Below, piece after piece: positions 62,046-64,000 of a DNA stretch of 64,000 bases. The translations under genes and the position numbers were made by a program. The first letter of the stretch is position 1. The number at the start of each line of letters is the position of its first letter. Below the pieces are notes generated by a model, which saw only the letters and a list, made by a program, of their open reading frames with translations, had not been told where the DNA came from and did not search any database. This DNA comes from an uncultured delta proteobacterium (GTDB taxonomy: Bacteria; Myxococcota; B64-G9): positions 864,001 to 928,000 of the forward strand of contig CAVWHX010000004.1 in the NCBI GenBank assembly GCA_963754925.1, read 5' to 3'.

Positions 62046-64000
62046 ATGGCCGGAATCTGGATTTTAGAACCAGACGAGAAACTTGGCGAGAGCCTGTCAA
62101 CGGCTATTCGGAATGCCGGCTTAGCGGTCGTCCTTTTTCGCGATGGGTCGGCGGCATCCTCGGCTATCAAAACAGATCCCCCGGGGTTGATTATTCTCGA
62201 CCTTGCTATCGACGACGGCCAGGGACTCGCCTTGTGTCATTCCATCCGAGGAATTCCGGGTGTCGACCTCGTACCGATTTTATTTCTTGGTGGCGGCGAA
62301 GGAGGAGTGAAAAGCTTTGGCGATGCGCTTGCCGAAGGTGGCGACTATTTCTTTCCTAAGCCGCCCGATGCAGGCAAAGTTGTTTCGAAGATACTCACCT
62401 ACGTTGGAATCGATCGAGAAAATCCGATGGTCATGACCACATCGTCTGACGGTATGAGTGCTCCACCTCCTGCAGCCGGCTCGATGACGAACACCCCGCA
62501 GATGGCGCCCGTGAAAGGAGCGCCCCAGAAAGACGAGCAAGCCGCCAACCTGGCCGGACGCGTTGAACAGATGCTCAACCTGGGGACAGCCTTCAAGGAG
62601 GGTCTCCTCGGCCCTCCGGATGCAACGGAAGATGCCGACACCCGGTTGGCGCGCCTGGAACAAGAAATTGTCAGCGAAGGTATACGGACTGAAGCCGGTC
62701 GCGCCAGCAAACCGGTCCCATCGACCGGCAAAACAGTTCGGAGAGAACCACCGGCATCTGAAAAAGAAATAGTTTCCGAAGGCGTGCCGCGCGCGCCCGC
62801 TCCACCGGAAAAAGTCTCTGGGGGTGTTGTCCTGCAGGCGCCCGTCAGCAGTACTCCGGTGGCGGATGAGGAGTCTGCCGAAGCTGTCTTCGCAAAACTG
62901 GCCGCTGAGCTTTTTGAGGAGAAATCGCCAGATACCACTGCTCAAGGACAAGCGAAACCGTTTATTCTCTCACCCGAGACGGGAACAAAACCAACCGTAC
63001 CGTCGCCGACGCAACCAGAGCGGCGGCAGCAGGCCCAAAAAGCAAAAACGACCGCCAAGCACAGTACTGAAGACCCGTCTCGCAAGGATTCACCCCTCCC
63101 GGCATCGGCACGCTCAACCCAGGCTGAAACATCAGCCCGTCGAGCGGCCGAGACAGCCTCAGCGACGCCTGCGGCACCTACAAAACCAACGCCCGTGCCG
63201 CCGCAACCTGAGCAACAGGTCGAACGAAAGGGAGCCACCCCGGTATCACCGCTGCCGCCCCACCCTTCAACGGGCCCTGAAGCGGTAGCTCCCGTACGTC
63301 CCGCACAAGAGGCCCCGCGTATCGATGAAGAGAATGGTGCCGACGATGAAACCATCAGTCCGCAGCGTTCAGCCTCCCAACAACCTCAGGAAGGCAGCAA
63401 ACCAGGTACTATCAGCGAAGATCAAATCGCTCGCGCGCAGCCGCCGCGGCCAACACTGGTTCGTCGCACACCCCAGCAACGGCGCAAGGGCCTCAGTCAG
63501 GTGCGCGAAGATCGCGACGTTTCAAGGTTACAACCGGAGACCGTTAATCTCGATCCGAGTGAGCCGACGCTTGAAGAGGAGCCAGGCAGGCACATCGATG
63601 AGCTTTTCCAACCCAAGCCAGCGCCGCAATATAAGCCGCCCGAGCCGGCAAGTAGCGACCTGTCGAGCGAAGCGGTTCCCTTTTTATTGTGGCGACTGCA
63701 CACCCAAAAGGTGACGGGCAAGGTGCTGGTTCGCTCCGGCTCGAATACCAAGGCGCTCTTCTTTGAAGACGGCATTCCGGTCGGGATACATTCATCCCTG
63801 GCACACGAACGTCTTGAAGAACTCCTCCTTCGCGAAGGATTGCTCGATCGGGCCGCGTACACGGAAGCGCGGGTGAAGGACCTCACGTCTCCCCGTCAGC
63901 TTGCAGCCCACTTGGTTGAGCGCGGTTGGTTGCGGGCGAACGAATTGTTTCCCATTGTTCGCCGGCATCTCGAAGAGGGAGTCATAACGCTCTTCGAGTG
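62046..64000 (+). CDS. Response regulator receiver + long Pro-rich linker + DUF4388/PatA_N-like domain; runs off the window end
   Basis: Own translation from ATG 62046: MAGIWILEPD..IILDL..FPKP; same frame later gives VPFLLWRLHTQKVTGKVLV..LFFEDG..ERLEELLLREG; absent from the ORF track because it has no stop. Confidence 0.85.
   Translation, partial: MAGIWILEPDEKLGESLSTAIRNAGLAVVLFRDGSAASSAIKTDPPGLIILDLAIDDGQGLALCHSIRGIPGVDLVPILFLGGGEGGVKSFGDALAEGGDYFFPKPPDAGKVVSKILTYVGIDRENPMVMTTSSDGMSAPPPAAGSMTNTPQMAPVKGAPQKDEQAANLAGRVEQMLNLGTAFKEGLLGPPDATEDADTRLARLEQEIVSEGIRTEAGRASKPVPSTGKTVRREPPASEKEIVSEGVPRAPAPPEKVSGGVVLQAPVSSTPVADEESAEAVFAKLAAELFEEKSPDTTAQGQAKPFILSPETGTKPTVPSPTQPERRQQAQKAKTTAKHSTEDPSRKDSPLPASARSTQAETSARRAAETASATPAAPTKPTPVPPQPEQQVERKGATPVSPLPPHPSTGPEAVAPVRPAQEAPRIDEENGADDETISPQRSASQQPQEGSKPGTISEDQIARAQPPRPTLVRRTPQQRRKGLSQVREDRDVSRLQPETVNLDPSEPTLEEEPGRHIDELFQPKPAPQYKPPEPASSDLSSEAVPFLLWRLHTQKVTGKVLVRSGSNTKALFFEDGIPVGIHSSLAHERLEELLLREGLLDRAAYTEARVKDLTSPRQLAAHLVERGWLRANELFPIVRRHLEEGVITLFE

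Overview
This is a 64 kb chromosomal stretch from a GC-rich diderm bacterium, probably an anaerobic Myxococcota/deltaproteobacterium-like organism. That placement is inferred from the MJ0042 zinc-ribbon/TPR proteins, a DUF4388-type response regulator, a VegA-like Cys/His motif, a 2-oxoacid oxidoreductase (OFOR), rubrerythrin and nifU/nifS. Most genes are housekeeping (glmS, pepF, gatCAB, uvrD/pcrA, glgP, infA, mfd, slyD, copZA, ogt, aconitase, icd, priA). I saw no tRNA, rRNA, CRISPR array, transposase or phage gene. The most notable items are: (1) a lysine 2,3-aminomutase-type radical SAM gene followed by two divergent Ddl-like ATP-grasp ligases and a GNAT acetyltransferase, a candidate uncharacterised beta-amino-acid peptide pathway; (2) two families of covarying palindromic intergenic repeats that share a GA-stem-GNA-loop-GA tip, with one family overlapping stop codons; (3) an OFOR operon coupled to a split GltD/DsrL-like flavoprotein and a chimeric Fe-S protein; (4) a CapA-MltB lipoprotein fusion inside an ECF sigma operon; (5) a ~160 nt strand-biased hairpin; (6) a degenerate PII plus porin under a sigma54 promoter; (7) four genes that are each repaired by deleting one base, most likely assembly errors. 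Family assignments come from motif recognition, not database searches.
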